Shown piece after piece: positions 9,440 to 9,954 of a stretch of 9,954 nucleotides of DNA (positions are counted from its first letter, which is position 1; each line of letters opens with the position of its first letter). The DNA is from Paraspadella gotoi (Eukaryota > Animalia > Chaetognatha). Position numbers and translations under genes: made by a program. The stretch spans positions 1 through 9,954 of the forward strand of contig JBJCIZ010001106.1 in NCBI GenBank assembly GCA_051294375.1. Direction: 5' to 3'. The notes beneath the pieces are model-generated. The model was not told where the DNA came from and searched no databases. It worked only from the letters and a program-made list of their open reading frames with translations.

Positions 9440-9848
9440 AGCTGGACAGACGCTGCAGAGCCGGAACTCGTTTTTAGAAGAAGCAGTGACGGAGAAAAAG
9501 AGAGAGAGAGAGAGAGAGCGACATATAATTAAAACGTTTTTGTTTTGTAAATAAAACATAAACAAATACCAATATTGATATGAAACATGAGAATTTTAAA
9601 GATCTTGATGATTAGAAGCCATATATGAAAATTCAACTCCCTATGATATCACACTTTCAGAAGCCATGATTGCAAAAAAGCGAGACCGAAAGCTAAACCG
9701 AAAAAAAATCTAGACAGGACGGGCTTTGCCCGCCTGGCTCGATAATAGAGGATATTTGTTTGTTTTGATAAAATGTAAACAAAACATTTAATAACTGTCC
9801 TGACTCAATTTTAAGGACATCGATGATGACAAGCTGAATATAAATTAT

Positions 9849-9937
9849 AATTAATCTATTAATTAATTAATTAATTAATCTATTAATTAATTAATTAATC
9901 TATTAATTAATTAATTAATCAATTAATTAATTAATTA
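9849..9937. repeat. (TTAA/ATTA)n low-complexity repeat with periodic TC interruptions
   Basis: Directly visible; a similar degenerate tract lies at ~7828-7898. Confidence 0.9.
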
Positions 9938-9954
9938 TCGTAGGCAGATCCGAC

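Larger units (their letters stand above)
8442..9518 (+). repeat. Cluster of (AG)n microsatellites
   Basis: Tracts at about 8442-8530, 8883-8963, 9128-9172, 9219-9235, 9403-9435 and 9499-9518. Confidence 0.95.
6310..9954 (+). mobile_element. Non-autonomous Helentron-associated element (DINE-1/HINE-like); 3' end extends past the window
   Basis: A T-run is followed by GTCGGATCTGCTTA (6316-6329), whose inverted copy TAGGCAGATCCGAC is at 9941-9954 (13/14 match). A partial inverted repeat next to the 5' copy forms hairpin GGATCTGC/GCAGATCC (6319-6341). A GTCC microsatellite and central tandem repeats follow, and there is no coding capacity. Confidence 0.8.

Noticed and set aside
8269-9565. SL-rich minus-strand ORFs
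   Set aside because: Translations of (CT)n tracts.

Overview
This is AT-rich eukaryotic (probably invertebrate) genomic DNA dominated by mobile elements and simple repeats, with no intact gene. (1) 3407-~5549, minus strand: a truncated, frameshift-riddled Ty3/Gypsy LTR retrotransposon. It has a candidate LTR end and PBS, gag with a PEF..W N-terminal motif and a CxxH-FG-A-C-C knuckle, a GGGAAAC plus stem-loop -1 frameshift signal, and an aspartic protease with DGG. RT, RNase H and integrase are absent. (2) ~6310 to the window end: a large non-autonomous Helentron-type (DINE-1/HINE-like) element. It shows 14-bp subterminal inverted repeats, a 5' hairpin, a (GTCC)n tract, nested central repeats, a tRNA-like Pol III cassette and an internal hairpin-CTAG motif. 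(3) 1-3400: low-confidence frameshifted coding fragments (kinase-like, two convergent acidic ends, chromodomain-like). Frequent single-base indels suggest either decay or error-prone sequence. All homology calls come from motif recognition by eye, not from database searches.
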